DNA from: Gammaproteobacteria bacterium
Lineage (GTDB): Bacteria; Pseudomonadota; Gammaproteobacteria; GCA-001735895
Direction of reading: 5' to 3'
Assembly: GCA_024686195.1 (NCBI GenBank)
Contig: JAIBDO010000003.1
Location: forward strand, 1 to 45,972
Length of the DNA: 45,972 bases
The position numbers and the translations under genes are program-made. This document shows positions 1 to 9,687 of this stretch, piece after piece (position 1 is the first letter of the stretch; the number at the start of each line of letters is the position of its first letter). The notes under the pieces were generated by a model. The model was not told the origin of the DNA. It saw only the letters and a program-made list of their open reading frames with translations, and ran no database searches.

Positions 1-77
1 AAGACATTGACGGCAAAGACGTGGCGACCCACTTTCGAGATTATCTGGCGCAGCGCATCGTGGTGGCGGTGAAGTAA
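1..77 (+). CDS. 3' end of an unidentified CDS running in from the window edge
   Basis: Frame starting at position 3 reads DIDGKDVATHFRDYLAQRIVVAVK then TAA at 75-77. It is convergent with the DUF748 gene. Confidence 0.5.
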   Translation, partial: DIDGKDVATHFRDYLAQRIVVAVK

Positions 78-115
78 AAGATCGTCAATGGGTTGTTGCC
101 GGTGACGACGATCGG

Positions 116-3100
116 TTACTCGGTCTTGCTGCCGAGTTTTACAGCCATCTTGACCGGTGCTCCGGGTTCACCGGTGACGGCCAGGTTATCCGCGATTGAC
201 ACTCGCTCCTGCAGGGATTTATCGATAGCGACCAAAGCCGTTTTGAGCGCCATGGCGCGTGCGCTCGCCAACGAGCTGAGGTCCTGTTCGGTGACGGACT
301 GCAGTGCGATGAGCTGGGCGCGTAACTCGTTTGCATAGGCGAGGTTGTCCAGGCTGGTGCCAGATTCGGTCTGGCCTTCAACTTCTGCCGGTGAGGTAAA
401 TTGCAGACGTAACTCATCCAGTTTCTGCGCCGCCATGCCCTCGGGCTGCTGTTCGCTGAACAGTTTTTCGAGCGTCATTCTGCGTAGCTCTGGATATTGA
501 ACTTCGGGATCGCTGCTGCTGGCCAGCTCGGTGATCTGCAATTCCAGGGTTTCATCAAACTGGGCAGTACGCAACGCGAGGCCATCCGCAGCGGAGTCAT
601 ATACACCGGTAATCATCAACTGCAGTCCAGGCCTGAGCGCCAGGGCCTCGGCCAGTTTGGCTGCTCTTTGCATTTCGGGCGGAGTCAAATCTGACCTGCC
701 ATCAAGAAAATTGATGGCCTCGAGTTCGCTGGCTTCGATGCCGAGCAAATTACCGAGAAAGGCAAAAGGCGAGGTGACGATCTTGACCAGTAATTTGCCA
801 AGCGCCCCCCAGATCACGCTGCCATAGCTGAACTCGGGATCGTCGACGTTACCGCGCACCGGCAGGTCAAGGTCGATCTTGCCATCCGCGTCTTTCAGCA
901 ATGCGACTGCAAGATCCAGGGGAAGGCTCATTGCGTCCGGGTAGGGGACCTCGGGGCCAAGTTCGAAGTCACGCAGTATGATGCTATTTTCGCCAACCAG
1001 TTCATTGTCTTTAACCTGGTAGCCGAGTTGCAGGTCGAGATTGCCACTGGCGACTTCACGGCCGGCAATGGGAATGCTGTAAGGAGTGAATTTCGGAATG
1101 TCGATGTTTTCAAACGACAACACAAGATCGGTGTTGCGGGCAGGCTCCAGCGGCGTGACGTTCCCGCTGATACGGGCAAAGCCAAATTCATCGACCTTGC
1201 CTTCAAATGTTACTTCGGAAGGCTCGTTGCTGTCGGTGGAGATGGTGGTTATTTTTCCGTTCAGCGAACTCACTTTCACCGCGAAAGGCAAGGGCAGGGA
1301 TAAGTCTTCAAAATCGGCCGAAGCGTCTGCGATAACTATTCTGCCAATGTTGACCTTAAATTCGCTATCCCCGTCGTCAACTGCAACTTCTGCTTTTGCT
1401 TTTGCTTTTGCTTCAGGTTCAGGTTCAGGTTCAGGTTCAGGTTCAGGTTCAGGTTCAGGTTCAGGTTCAGGTTCAGGTTCAGGTTCTACAGGTTCCGTTG
1501 GGCCAGATTTCTGCGCAGCAGATTCCTCCGCGGACGAGTCGACCTTTGCGATTTGACCGATGTTGAGGCTGCGATCCTCGGCGATAAGGATGTCACCATA
1601 GAGCTGGTCAAAATAGAAGGTGGAGATATCAAGTTGGCGTTTGGCAATGCTCAAAGCGATCTTGTCAGCGCGGAAACTCTTCCAGCTGGCGAGCGGCTCG
1701 TTGTGAATGGATTCGGCGATGTCTAGATCGATGATCTCGAGATCACCCTTGAATGCAAAAGGCTCTTCGCTGGAGCCGCGAATCTGTCCATCCAGGTTGA
1801 TCGCGCCTGAATTCATTTCCAGGTTTGCCTGCTGTTTGATATAGGGCTGGGTGCCGGCGAGTTGCAATGCATCGATATTTACCTCGAACTCGAACCGGGG
1901 TTCGGGTAGCACGACCAAATCACCTTCAAGTGACAGCGTTCCGCCGCTTAGCAATTGCAGGCTGAGACTAGTGGGGAAAATGCTGTCCGGTTGATTGTTG
2001 ATGTCGCTGATATTCAGATCAAACCCGGTGATGCCGAGCTGTGCCGCAGGGTCGACAGATTGATCCTGAAGATTCAACACCAGATCATTGACGGCCAGAT
2101 TACCGATAGACAGCTGCCATTCATTCTCCGCTTCGCTTTCATCATTGTCTTGGACCGCTGCACCCTCTGCTGCGACATTTTGCTGGCGGGGTTCGATATT
2201 GAAAACGCCATCTTCGGCACGAGATAAATCAATTTGCGGATTATTGAACGAGATCGAGCCCAGGGAAACGGTTTGTTGCGGCCAGTGGAACTGACCACCG
2301 GTCAGTCGTGCTTCAGGCAGTTTCAGAATTTGCTGGTCCGGGCCAGCCAGGTCGATTCCGGTGCCGTCGGCAAAACTATTGACTATGATGTCCTTGAAAG
2401 TCAGATCGAGATTTTCGATGCTGGCTTCAATCTGGCCACTATCGGTCCTGTAGACTTCGTAATCCAGTTCGACATCCGCCGAGCCATTGACAATTTCGAT
2501 TCCGGTTTGATGACGGATATAAGCCGAGAGCACCGGAAAGTGCGAATCGTCAATCCGGGCACGACCCGAAGAGCGCAATGGATTCAGTTGCAAATCTCCA
2601 CTCCAGCTCAAGGTTCCACTTTTCTCCGTGGCGAATACAACGGTTTGCTGGCCAGCCTTGTTGGGTAGTGTATTCAATTCCTCGATAACGATATTGACAG
2701 GTCCAAAACGGCTTTTCAGCGGTTCAGCCTGAAATTCATCGGACCAGTTGATAAACCAGTCCTCGATGGTAAACGTGAACACCAGAGCCTGTATCAATGA
2801 CGATCCTTCTTCATCCGCAACATTGTCATCGAGTTGATCCTGTGGATCTGGCAGCAGGTAAGCAAAGTCCATGGCGCCGGTTTCGTCGCGTGTGACAAAC
2901 AGTTCAGGTGCAGTCAGTCGCACCTCGTCGAAGGTCAGCGCCAGCCTGAATAGAGAGCTGAGCTGGAAGTTGGTGAAAATCTCCTGAACCCGGATAGTCG
3001 GCGCGCCTTCAGGGTTGTCGAGTTCCAGCCCGGTGATTCGCAGGCTCAAAACAAAAGGATTAATGTCGATTTTTTCGATGTGCAGCTCCGCATCAAAGTC

Positions 3101-3238
3101 CTGCTGCATCGTTCCTGTCAGGCTTCTTTCGAGGAGATAGGGGGCGAGGAAGAAACCCAGCAGGGCATAGATCGCGACTGCAGCGACGACTGATGCATAG
3201 CGCGGGTGCTTCTTGCTATAGAAAATGAGTGCTTTTAT
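116..3238 (-). CDS. DUF748 repeat-containing envelope protein with an OmpA-like C-terminal region
   Basis: 997-aa ORF with repeated DUF748-like beta-rich segments (INPFVLSLRITG, LDLPVRGNVDDPEFSYG, IVTSPFAFLG). The frame stays open 43 codons upstream of ATG 3109 and encodes the N-terminal anchor YALLGFFLAPYLL, so the start is placed at ATA 3238. Confidence 0.85.
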   Translation of the reverse strand: MKALIFYSKKHPRYASVVAAVAIYALLGFFLAPYLLERSLTGTMQQDFDAELHIEKIDINPFVLSLRITGLELDNPEGAPTIRVQEIFTNFQLSSLFRLALTFDEVRLTAPELFVTRDETGAMDFAYLLPDPQDQLDDNVADEEGSSLIQALVFTFTIEDWFINWSDEFQAEPLKSRFGPVNIVIEELNTLPNKAGQQTVVFATEKSGTLSWSGDLQLNPLRSSGRARIDDSHFPVLSAYIRHQTGIEIVNGSADVELDYEVYRTDSGQIEASIENLDLTFKDIIVNSFADGTGIDLAGPDQQILKLPEARLTGGQFHWPQQTVSLGSISFNNPQIDLSRAEDGVFNIEPRQQNVAAEGAAVQDNDESEAENEWQLSIGNLAVNDLVLNLQDQSVDPAAQLGITGFDLNISDINNQPDSIFPTSLSLQLLSGGTLSLEGDLVVLPEPRFEFEVNIDALQLAGTQPYIKQQANLEMNSGAINLDGQIRGSSEEPFAFKGDLEIIDLDIAESIHNEPLASWKSFRADKIALSIAKRQLDISTFYFDQLYGDILIAEDRSLNIGQIAKVDSSAEESAAQKSGPTEPVEPEPEPEPEPEPEPEPEPEPEPEPEAKAKAKAEVAVDDGDSEFKVNIGRIVIADASADFEDLSLPLPFAVKVSSLNGKITTISTDSNEPSEVTFEGKVDEFGFARISGNVTPLEPARNTDLVLSFENIDIPKFTPYSIPIAGREVASGNLDLQLGYQVKDNELVGENSIILRDFELGPEVPYPDAMSLPLDLAVALLKDADGKIDLDLPVRGNVDDPEFSYGSVIWGALGKLLVKIVTSPFAFLGNLLGIEASELEAINFLDGRSDLTPPEMQRAAKLAEALALRPGLQLMITGVYDSAADGLALRTAQFDETLELQITELASSSDPEVQYPELRRMTLEKLFSEQQPEGMAAQKLDELRLQFTSPAEVEGQTESGTSLDNLAYANELRAQLIALQSVTEQDLSSLASARAMALKTALVAIDKSLQERVSIADNLAVTGEPGAPVKMAVKLGSKTE
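1392..1486. repeat. Coding microsatellite: (GCTTTT)x3 followed by (TTCAGG)x12, encoding an (EP)n-(AK)n linker
   Basis: Perfect hexamer runs at 1392-1409 and 1412-1483, read directly from the sequence. Confidence 0.95.
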
Positions 3239-3460
3239 GGTCCTGCTTCCTTAGTCGAGCTGTGAAAACCTATATCTTCGCTGGCCTTCGGTAACCATTG
3301 CATACAAAGCCAGTAATGGTTTCACAATTAGTTGCGTCGACAGACTTTACTATTGCCATTCCCTGATCACAAGGCATTGGCTCCCCTGTGTTGCGGGAGA
3401 AGTTTCGTAAACCTGCCGGAGCGGCTGCTCATCGGCAGCAAAGTGGTGGATCGCCTGGGC

Positions 3461-4567
3461 TCAGGGGGTAGGGCTGTTCGGCGGTTCATTCCCGTTGAAT
3501 GCAGTCAGGTGCATGACTCTGCGATCCTCTTGCGACAATTTGCCGGTGGCTGAATGCCAGACGGAACGATTGTGCCAGATCACCAGATCGCCGGGTTGCC
3601 AGGCATGCACGTAAACGAGTTCCGGGGCGATCGCGGGACGCATCCAGGCTTCGACCAGATGCCTTGATTCGATCACACCCAGGAAGCGGTTAGCCGATTC
3701 GCTCTGTTGTTCGAGCGCGTGCATACAGCGGGGTTGGGGCATCAGTGCCCGTTGACGGGTAACCGGGCAGGTCCACACCAGTGGGTAAATCTGGGCGTCC
3801 GGATCGTCAATCGCCGCGGCTTGAATGTCGTCACCCAGCGCATAGCGTTGCTCTGCCGCCGGATCAATGAGCCTCAGGCCATTGGCACTGTTCCCCAGTT
3901 CATAACTTGCCTCGAACGGGTGACTGGCATAATGCACCTGCATCTGCAGGCTCAGCTGCCGGGCGCTCGCCGGCAGTTTGTCGAATGCCAGTCGACCACT
4001 GGCAAAGGCGGTGGAGCCGGCGGCGCACCATAAGCGGTCTTCGCTGTTATCCTCGTAGGCCAGCCAGTGGCCACTGCCAAGCGGAGCTTCAATGCAACGC
4101 ATCTGCGTGTAGTGGCAGGGAGCCTTTGCGTAGAATGTACCATCAATGTGCCACTGTAGCGCACCGCCGCCCAGCACCTGCGAACCCTGGTCCTTGCCAT
4201 AGGCTCCTCGCTCACCACCAAGGGTTACCTTTAAGCCGTAGTGGTCAATATCGCCTTTACCCAGCACCAGTACCCCGGGTTCTTCTGGTATCTGGTAGGT
4301 CCCGGCTTTATTTCCCTGCGCGACTTTGAACACTTCCCAGGGATTGTTGGTCTGGTCGCGCCAGATGCCTTCACCCTGTAAATCGATTGACCGATAAAAC
4401 GCAACTTCCTGTTGTGGTGTCAGCTGTTGTTGCCCGGGAAATATCAGCAGTTGGTGGTGATGCAATGCCAGGCGCAATTCATCCGCTGCCGCGCTATCCA
4501 GGACGGCACAGTTGTAATTGGTAACTCTCGCGCCAAAGGGACTGTCGTTGATGGGTTCTATGATCAT
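3461..4567 (-). CDS. TauD/TfdA family Fe(II)/2-oxoglutarate dioxygenase
   Basis: N-terminal PFGARV, HxD motif WHIDG, and C-terminal WQPGDLVIWHNRSVWHSA...RRVMH. Confidence 0.85.
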   Translation of the reverse strand: MIIEPINDSPFGARVTNYNCAVLDSAAADELRLALHHHQLLIFPGQQQLTPQQEVAFYRSIDLQGEGIWRDQTNNPWEVFKVAQGNKAGTYQIPEEPGVLVLGKGDIDHYGLKVTLGGERGAYGKDQGSQVLGGGALQWHIDGTFYAKAPCHYTQMRCIEAPLGSGHWLAYEDNSEDRLWCAAGSTAFASGRLAFDKLPASARQLSLQMQVHYASHPFEASYELGNSANGLRLIDPAAEQRYALGDDIQAAAIDDPDAQIYPLVWTCPVTRQRALMPQPRCMHALEQQSESANRFLGVIESRHLVEAWMRPAIAPELVYVHAWQPGDLVIWHNRSVWHSATGKLSQEDRRVMHLTAFNGNEPPNSPTP

Positions 4568-4754
4568 GGCGTTATGGTAACGCTTTTTGCCGTCAGGTAC
4601 TCATGGACACCAGGCGGACCCTGGTCGGGCACCGGGAAGGCTTTTACGCAGGGAGATTCGAAGATTTCTGTGACCTGCTATATGGAGCCGGTCGGCTGAA
4701 ATCGCGACATGCCAGGGATTACGGAGATCTGCAGTGAGTCGACTGCCGCTACCA

Positions 4755-5648
4755 TTATCTGATGTCGAATAGCTGACGGGCGTTGTCGAGCGTTAGCCTG
4801 CGCTGAGCCGCCGCTGGCAACGCGGCTATCCAGTGACGGTGGTAGGCCAGCAATTGTGCGAAATAATCCCAGCCGTCATCCGTCTGGTCCCAGGTCTGCG
4901 TTCGCGTGACCTTCCATACCGGATCGGTACCGACCAGGAAACGATGTGGATATTCGATTATCAGCTCGCGCCAGGCGGGCAACAGCAAGCCATCATCGCC
5001 GGTCAGCCCACCGTAACGCCACGGATCGCGTGCCGAGAGCTCGATCATCACCCGTCCGCACTGTTCGATGATGGGACGGATCTGGCTGGCGTGCAGGTTG
5101 CCACCGGCGTGGGCGAAGATAAATCGGATGGCGGGATTTTGTCGGCAGACATCGGCGAATTTCTGCTCGCTACCGGCATCGACGTGAATCAGCACCGGGA
5201 CCGCATATTGGTGCGCCAGTGCCAGCAAGCGGATAAATATCGGGTTGTCGGTTTTCGGTCGAAAACCGGCCATGAAATGCACCTCGCCGATGCCCTGATA
5301 CTGCCCGCTGCGCAAACCCTTCTCGGCCAGCAGCACAGTGCGTTCATTTAGATACCAGTCGCGCTTTCCCAGTGTGTGCGTGTACGGTGAAAAGAAAGGA
5401 ATAATCATTTCTCCACCTGCCCGCTTCAGTTCCAGCGCAAGCTCCGACGGGGTCGCGCTTACCACGGCAAAAGCGATGTTTGCGCGTTTCAGCCGGGTAA
5501 CGATCTGCTCGGCGCTGATGATTTCCTTTTGATCCCAGTTGAAGTGCACATGCACATCGGCGAAGGGTTGCTGGGACCAGCCGGGAGTCACCACGAAAGC
5601 CAGCAACAGGAGTAACAGCAAAGCGCCAGCGTGGTTTCGGTTGCACAT
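4755..5648 (-). CDS. Exported amidohydrolase-family (TIM-barrel metallo-hydrolase) protein
   Basis: Hydrophobic signal-like N-terminus and motifs DVHVH, GIGEVH, VLIHVD, FAHAG, VGTD. Confidence 0.8.
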   Translation of the reverse strand: MCNRNHAGALLLLLLLAFVVTPGWSQQPFADVHVHFNWDQKEIISAEQIVTRLKRANIAFAVVSATPSELALELKRAGGEMIIPFFSPYTHTLGKRDWYLNERTVLLAEKGLRSGQYQGIGEVHFMAGFRPKTDNPIFIRLLALAHQYAVPVLIHVDAGSEQKFADVCRQNPAIRFIFAHAGGNLHASQIRPIIEQCGRVMIELSARDPWRYGGLTGDDGLLLPAWRELIIEYPHRFLVGTDPVWKVTRTQTWDQTDDGWDYFAQLLAYHRHWIAALPAAAQRRLTLDNARQLFDIR

Positions 5649-5858
5649 GTTTTTTATTCCTCTAATCGAGTAAATCTAACATACGAGCGCTATCGATTCA
5701 CGCCTGCCTTTGCAGCCCTTGTCCCGTTCAACAGGGACCAGCCGTGCGTGTGAAGAATCACCTCGCCTGTCCTTATCTGGAGTGGTTGAGGTACAACGTG
5801 CTAGCATCGCAGCTACAAAGTACTTCGGATCTTTCAGCAAATTACAATTCAGGCTTCC

Positions 5859-6902
5859 ATGCAAGACAAACTGCAGCCACTTCTGAGTGCAGTCCAGCGT
5901 AACTGCCATATCTCCGATGCGCGTCACGCTGGAGATTACACCCTGTGCATCTACCTGCTGAAGATGCGCGAATATTTCCGCTGGGAGCGGCGCTTTACCT
6001 TCAAGGATAAGCTGCCTGAGAGTGATGTTGGTGACTGGCTTACGCAGCGGGAAAACTTCTGGGAAAGCATAGAAGATGAGCCTTTTATCGAGCTCCCGCT
6101 TGACGGTGAGTACTATGATCCTTTCGACAGCGAGGCGCTGAATGCGGCGTTGAACCCTTATGATCTGGTTTACAGTGGTGGGCTCGGCAACCGCAGCACG
6201 CCACATTTTTTTCTGGGCAAGCTCGGGCATAAGGACGAGCAGGCAGATTTCACAGTGCTGGTTGCGGAAAATGAGTATGCCCGCGATTTGACGGCGCCCC
6301 CGGCGATGGCGCTCGGTAGCACGATCTTTATCCGGCGCGAGTCGCTGCGCAGGATGATCTGGGAAAAGATCGAGGAATGGCAGTGGAGTAAGCTGGACAA
6401 CGCCATGGGTCGCGCTATTCAGAGTTTTAACCTCGAAGATGATATCGAGGCCACACTTGATGACTTAACTGATACTTTTGTCGAATCCGTACTGTTACAC
6501 GAAAAGGGCGAAGTGTTTGCCGGAAAAATATTAGGGCCGGAGTGGGAGGAGATGCTTGCCGGTCTGCCGCACTGCAAAGCTGAAATCATGATTCGCGCCC
6601 TGCGTGATCACCTGGCAGATTCCTTGACGACTCTCCCTGGTTTACTTGGTAGTGGGAAGGACAGTTCCCTGCATTTCTATATCGCCAATCTACCGAACAT
6701 GCATAAAAACATTTCCCCCACACTCATTCGGGCTTACGAGTCCTGGGTCATGACCGGTAAACGTAAAGTTATCGAGGAACTGCTGCCGGCGAGTAAATCT
6801 CACTGGGCAGCGCTAGCTAATGAGATGCTCGATATTTATCGAAGGCATCCCGACGACTATGCCGGCAGGCTGCAGATCCTGATTGAAAACAGTAAATTCT
6901 AG
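5859..6902 (+). CDS. Conserved hypothetical protein, Sfum_1244-like family
   Basis: 347-aa ORF. The N-terminus VQRNCHISDARHAGDYTLCIYLLKMREYFRWE is recalled from this uncharacterised family, and LLHEKGE lies in the C-terminal half. Confidence 0.7.
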   Translation: MQDKLQPLLSAVQRNCHISDARHAGDYTLCIYLLKMREYFRWERRFTFKDKLPESDVGDWLTQRENFWESIEDEPFIELPLDGEYYDPFDSEALNAALNPYDLVYSGGLGNRSTPHFFLGKLGHKDEQADFTVLVAENEYARDLTAPPAMALGSTIFIRRESLRRMIWEKIEEWQWSKLDNAMGRAIQSFNLEDDIEATLDDLTDTFVESVLLHEKGEVFAGKILGPEWEEMLAGLPHCKAEIMIRALRDHLADSLTTLPGLLGSGKDSSLHFYIANLPNMHKNISPTLIRAYESWVMTGKRKVIEELLPASKSHWAALANEMLDIYRRHPDDYAGRLQILIENSKF

Positions 6903-6918
6903 AACCAGTCAGGGGACA

Positions 6919-9231
6919 ATGACCATTAAATCCGAACTACCATTAACCAGTACGCATTGGGGTACCTACCGCGTTGAAACCGATGACGGTGTTATAAAAG
7001 CACTGCATGGTTTTGAAGAAGACGATGATGTGTCGCCCATTGGTACCGGCATAGTGGATGTGCTCGATGCACCGTCGCGAATAAAAGCGCCGATGATCAG
7101 GAAAAGCTGGCTCGAATCGGGCCCCGGAAGTAATAATCATTTGCGCGCTGCCGACCCATTTGTCGAAGTGTCCTGGGAACAGGCGGAGAAGCTGGTTGGC
7201 CACGAACTTTCCAGGGTCGTTAAGCAGTTCGGTAATCAGTCTATCTATGCCGGTTCCTACGGCTGGTCGAGTGCCGGACGGTTCCATCATGCGCAGAGCC
7301 AGATACACCGCTTTCTGAATTGTATCGGCGGCTATACCCGTTCGCTGAATACCTACAGCTTCGCCAGCGCCGAAGTGATTCTGCCGCATGTCATGGGTGA
7401 TCTTTTCGCCCTGTTACTGGAAACCACCAGCTGGCGTTCGCTGATTGATCACAGCCAATTACTGGTCGCCTTTGGTGGTATGCCACTCAAGAACGGGCAG
7501 ATCAATTCCGGGGGTGTCGGTCGCCATGTGCAACGCGAGCAAATGATTGAGGCACACGAGGCGGGCATTGAATTTGTCAACGTCGGTCCCATTCGCACTG
7601 ACATTGACGATTCGCTGAATGCCGACTGGATAGCCATCAGGCCCGGAACGGACACGGCGCTGCTGATAGCGATTGCGAAAACGCTGGTCGATGAGGAGCT
7701 GGCTGACAAAGATTTCATCGAGCAATACACCGTCGGCATAGAAGAGTTCCAGACATATCTGCATGGGATCGACGACGGGATCGAGAAGGATGCCGTATGG
7801 GCGTCCAAAATCTGTGCTGTTCCTGCCGAGCGAATCCGCCAGCTGGCACGTCAAATGGCCGCCGCCAGGACCATGATGTCGATCAGCTGGTCTTTAACCC
7901 GCCAGCATCATGGGGAGCATGCTTACTGGGCCGCCATTACCGTAGCCGCCATGTTGGGGCAGATAGGCTTGCCCGGTGGTGGCATTGCTTTCGGTTATTC
8001 GGCTACCAACGGCATCGGTGGCCACAACACCAGGGTACCGGGTGCCTCATTGCCACAGGGAGACAATGCGGTTTCCAGTTTCATCCCGGTGGCGCGCATC
8101 AGCGACATGCTGCTGCATCCCGGCGAGCAGTTCGAATACAACGGCAGCAGCTACGAGTATCCCGATATTCACCTGGTTTACTGGGCCGGCGGTAATCCGT
8201 TTCATCATCACCAGGATCTGAATAAAATGCTCGAGGCCTGGCAAAAGCCCGACACGATTGTTGTGCATGAATGGTGCTGGAATGCCATGGCGAAACATGC
8301 AGATATTGTTCTGCCATGCACTACTGCGCTGGAACGAAATGACATCGCCATATCGCCGCGAGATCCGTATGTGATCGATATGCAGCAGGCGATAGCACCG
8401 GTCGCTTCAAGCCGCAACGATTACGCTATTTTTTCGGGTATCGCGCGCGCGATGGGTGTCGAGGAGGAGTTCACTGAAGGGCGCAGTGAGCAACAGTGGA
8501 TAGAGTGGATTTATCAGTCGACAGCGGAGCGCGCGCGAGCGAAGGGTATGGAGATGCCGGCCTACGCCGAATTCAGGAAATCCGGCTGGTTCAAGCCCGC
8601 AGCACCCGAAAAACCTGTGGTCATGTTGCAAGCGTTTCGTGATGATCCGCTGGCGAATCCGTTGTCGACGCCATCGGGCAAGATTGAAATTTTCTCAACT
8701 GTTGTGGATGGTTTTGACTATAGCGACTGTCCCGGCCATGCCACCTGGATGGAGCCGCTGGAATGGCTCGGTGGCGATATCAGTGAATTCCCCCTGCATT
8801 TGATTTCAAATCAGCCGAAAACCAAACTTCACTCGCAGCTTGATCATGGCAGCCATAGTCGAGCCGCCAAGATTAAACAGCGTGAAGCCATCATGCTGCA
8901 TCCCGAAGATGCTGAAGCCAGGAGCCTGACCAATGGCGACATTGTGCGTGTGTTCAATCATCGCGGTGCCTGTCTCGGCGGTGTGACAATCGACGATCAG
9001 GTGATGCGCGGCGTGGTGCAAATGAGTGCCGGTGCCTGGTTCGACCCGCAGCAGCCCGCGAGCCCGGGCAGTTTGTGCAAGCACGGAAATCCGAATGTGC
9101 TTACACCCGATATCGGTACCTCCCGGCTCGCGCAAGGGCCGATTGCGCATACCTGCATGGTTGAGGTTGAAGTATTTACCGGGCAACTGCCAGAGCTGAG
9201 CGCATTTGATGCGCCGCAAACAGTCGGGTGA
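6919..9231 (+). CDS. Molybdopterin guanine dinucleotide S/N-oxide reductase (BisC/TorZ/DMSO reductase family), probably cytoplasmic
   Basis: Motifs THWG, SIYAGSYGWSSAGRFHHAQSQ, YSFASA, WAGGNPFHHHQD, LHSQLD, HGNPNVLT. No Tat signal. ATG 6919 follows AGGGG. Confidence 0.9.
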   Translation: MTIKSELPLTSTHWGTYRVETDDGVIKALHGFEEDDDVSPIGTGIVDVLDAPSRIKAPMIRKSWLESGPGSNNHLRAADPFVEVSWEQAEKLVGHELSRVVKQFGNQSIYAGSYGWSSAGRFHHAQSQIHRFLNCIGGYTRSLNTYSFASAEVILPHVMGDLFALLLETTSWRSLIDHSQLLVAFGGMPLKNGQINSGGVGRHVQREQMIEAHEAGIEFVNVGPIRTDIDDSLNADWIAIRPGTDTALLIAIAKTLVDEELADKDFIEQYTVGIEEFQTYLHGIDDGIEKDAVWASKICAVPAERIRQLARQMAAARTMMSISWSLTRQHHGEHAYWAAITVAAMLGQIGLPGGGIAFGYSATNGIGGHNTRVPGASLPQGDNAVSSFIPVARISDMLLHPGEQFEYNGSSYEYPDIHLVYWAGGNPFHHHQDLNKMLEAWQKPDTIVVHEWCWNAMAKHADIVLPCTTALERNDIAISPRDPYVIDMQQAIAPVASSRNDYAIFSGIARAMGVEEEFTEGRSEQQWIEWIYQSTAERARAKGMEMPAYAEFRKSGWFKPAAPEKPVVMLQAFRDDPLANPLSTPSGKIEIFSTVVDGFDYSDCPGHATWMEPLEWLGGDISEFPLHLISNQPKTKLHSQLDHGSHSRAAKIKQREAIMLHPEDAEARSLTNGDIVRVFNHRGACLGGVTIDDQVMRGVVQMSAGAWFDPQQPASPGSLCKHGNPNVLTPDIGTSRLAQGPIAHTCMVEVEVFTGQLPELSAFDAPQTVG

Positions 9232-9544
9232 ATCAGACGGGCCTTGCGCTTTGGTGTCATTTGATCGGCGGGTAGATCCAGTTCATAAAACGCTGCGCCT
9301 CGAAAAAAACTGCGCCTCGAACTTGTCTGCGGCGGTTTTTTGCAGGCGCTCGATAAAGCCTGACCAGAACCGATTCCCGGTGCGAACCTGTTTCGCTCAA
9401 ATTCGATTTGACAACTACCTACCAAAAACCGGTAGAATTGCGCCGATTTTGAATATGGCCCGACCGACAGCTGTCTGCAGTGCAGCAATTACCGGTTTCT
9501 GGTTCAACTTCATAACCTGATTCATTATTCCAGCTGGAAAAAGG

Positions 9545-9670
9545 AAGTGGGGATTGGCTTTAGTCCCTTCAGGGAGCCTTTTGGCCATGCAAAACTCCGC
9601 TGCTGGAAACCAGTGACAAACCTCTTGCCTGCGTCTGTGGGTGCTGCAAGGTGGTTTCGAAACCTTTAGA
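9545..9670 (+). promoter_or_regulatory. Putative structured cis-regulatory leader (riboswitch-like)
   Basis: Several adjacent and mutually exclusive hairpins immediately 5' of the oxygenase start codon. Not matched by me to a named RNA family. Confidence 0.45.
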
Positions 9671-9687
9671 TATTTTGTGAGTGATGT

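Noticed and set aside
1086-1556. 156-aa + strand ORF with an (SG)n repeat
   Set aside because: It is the antisense shadow of the (EP)n microsatellite within the DUF748 gene.
6883-9231. Periplasmic TorA/DmsA respiratory reductase
   Set aside because: No twin-arginine signal, and no adjacent cytochrome or chaperone genes.
9290-9321. Short direct repeat CTGCGCCTCGAA x2 after the molybdoenzyme gene
   Set aside because: Only two copies and no further structure, consistent with a local duplication.
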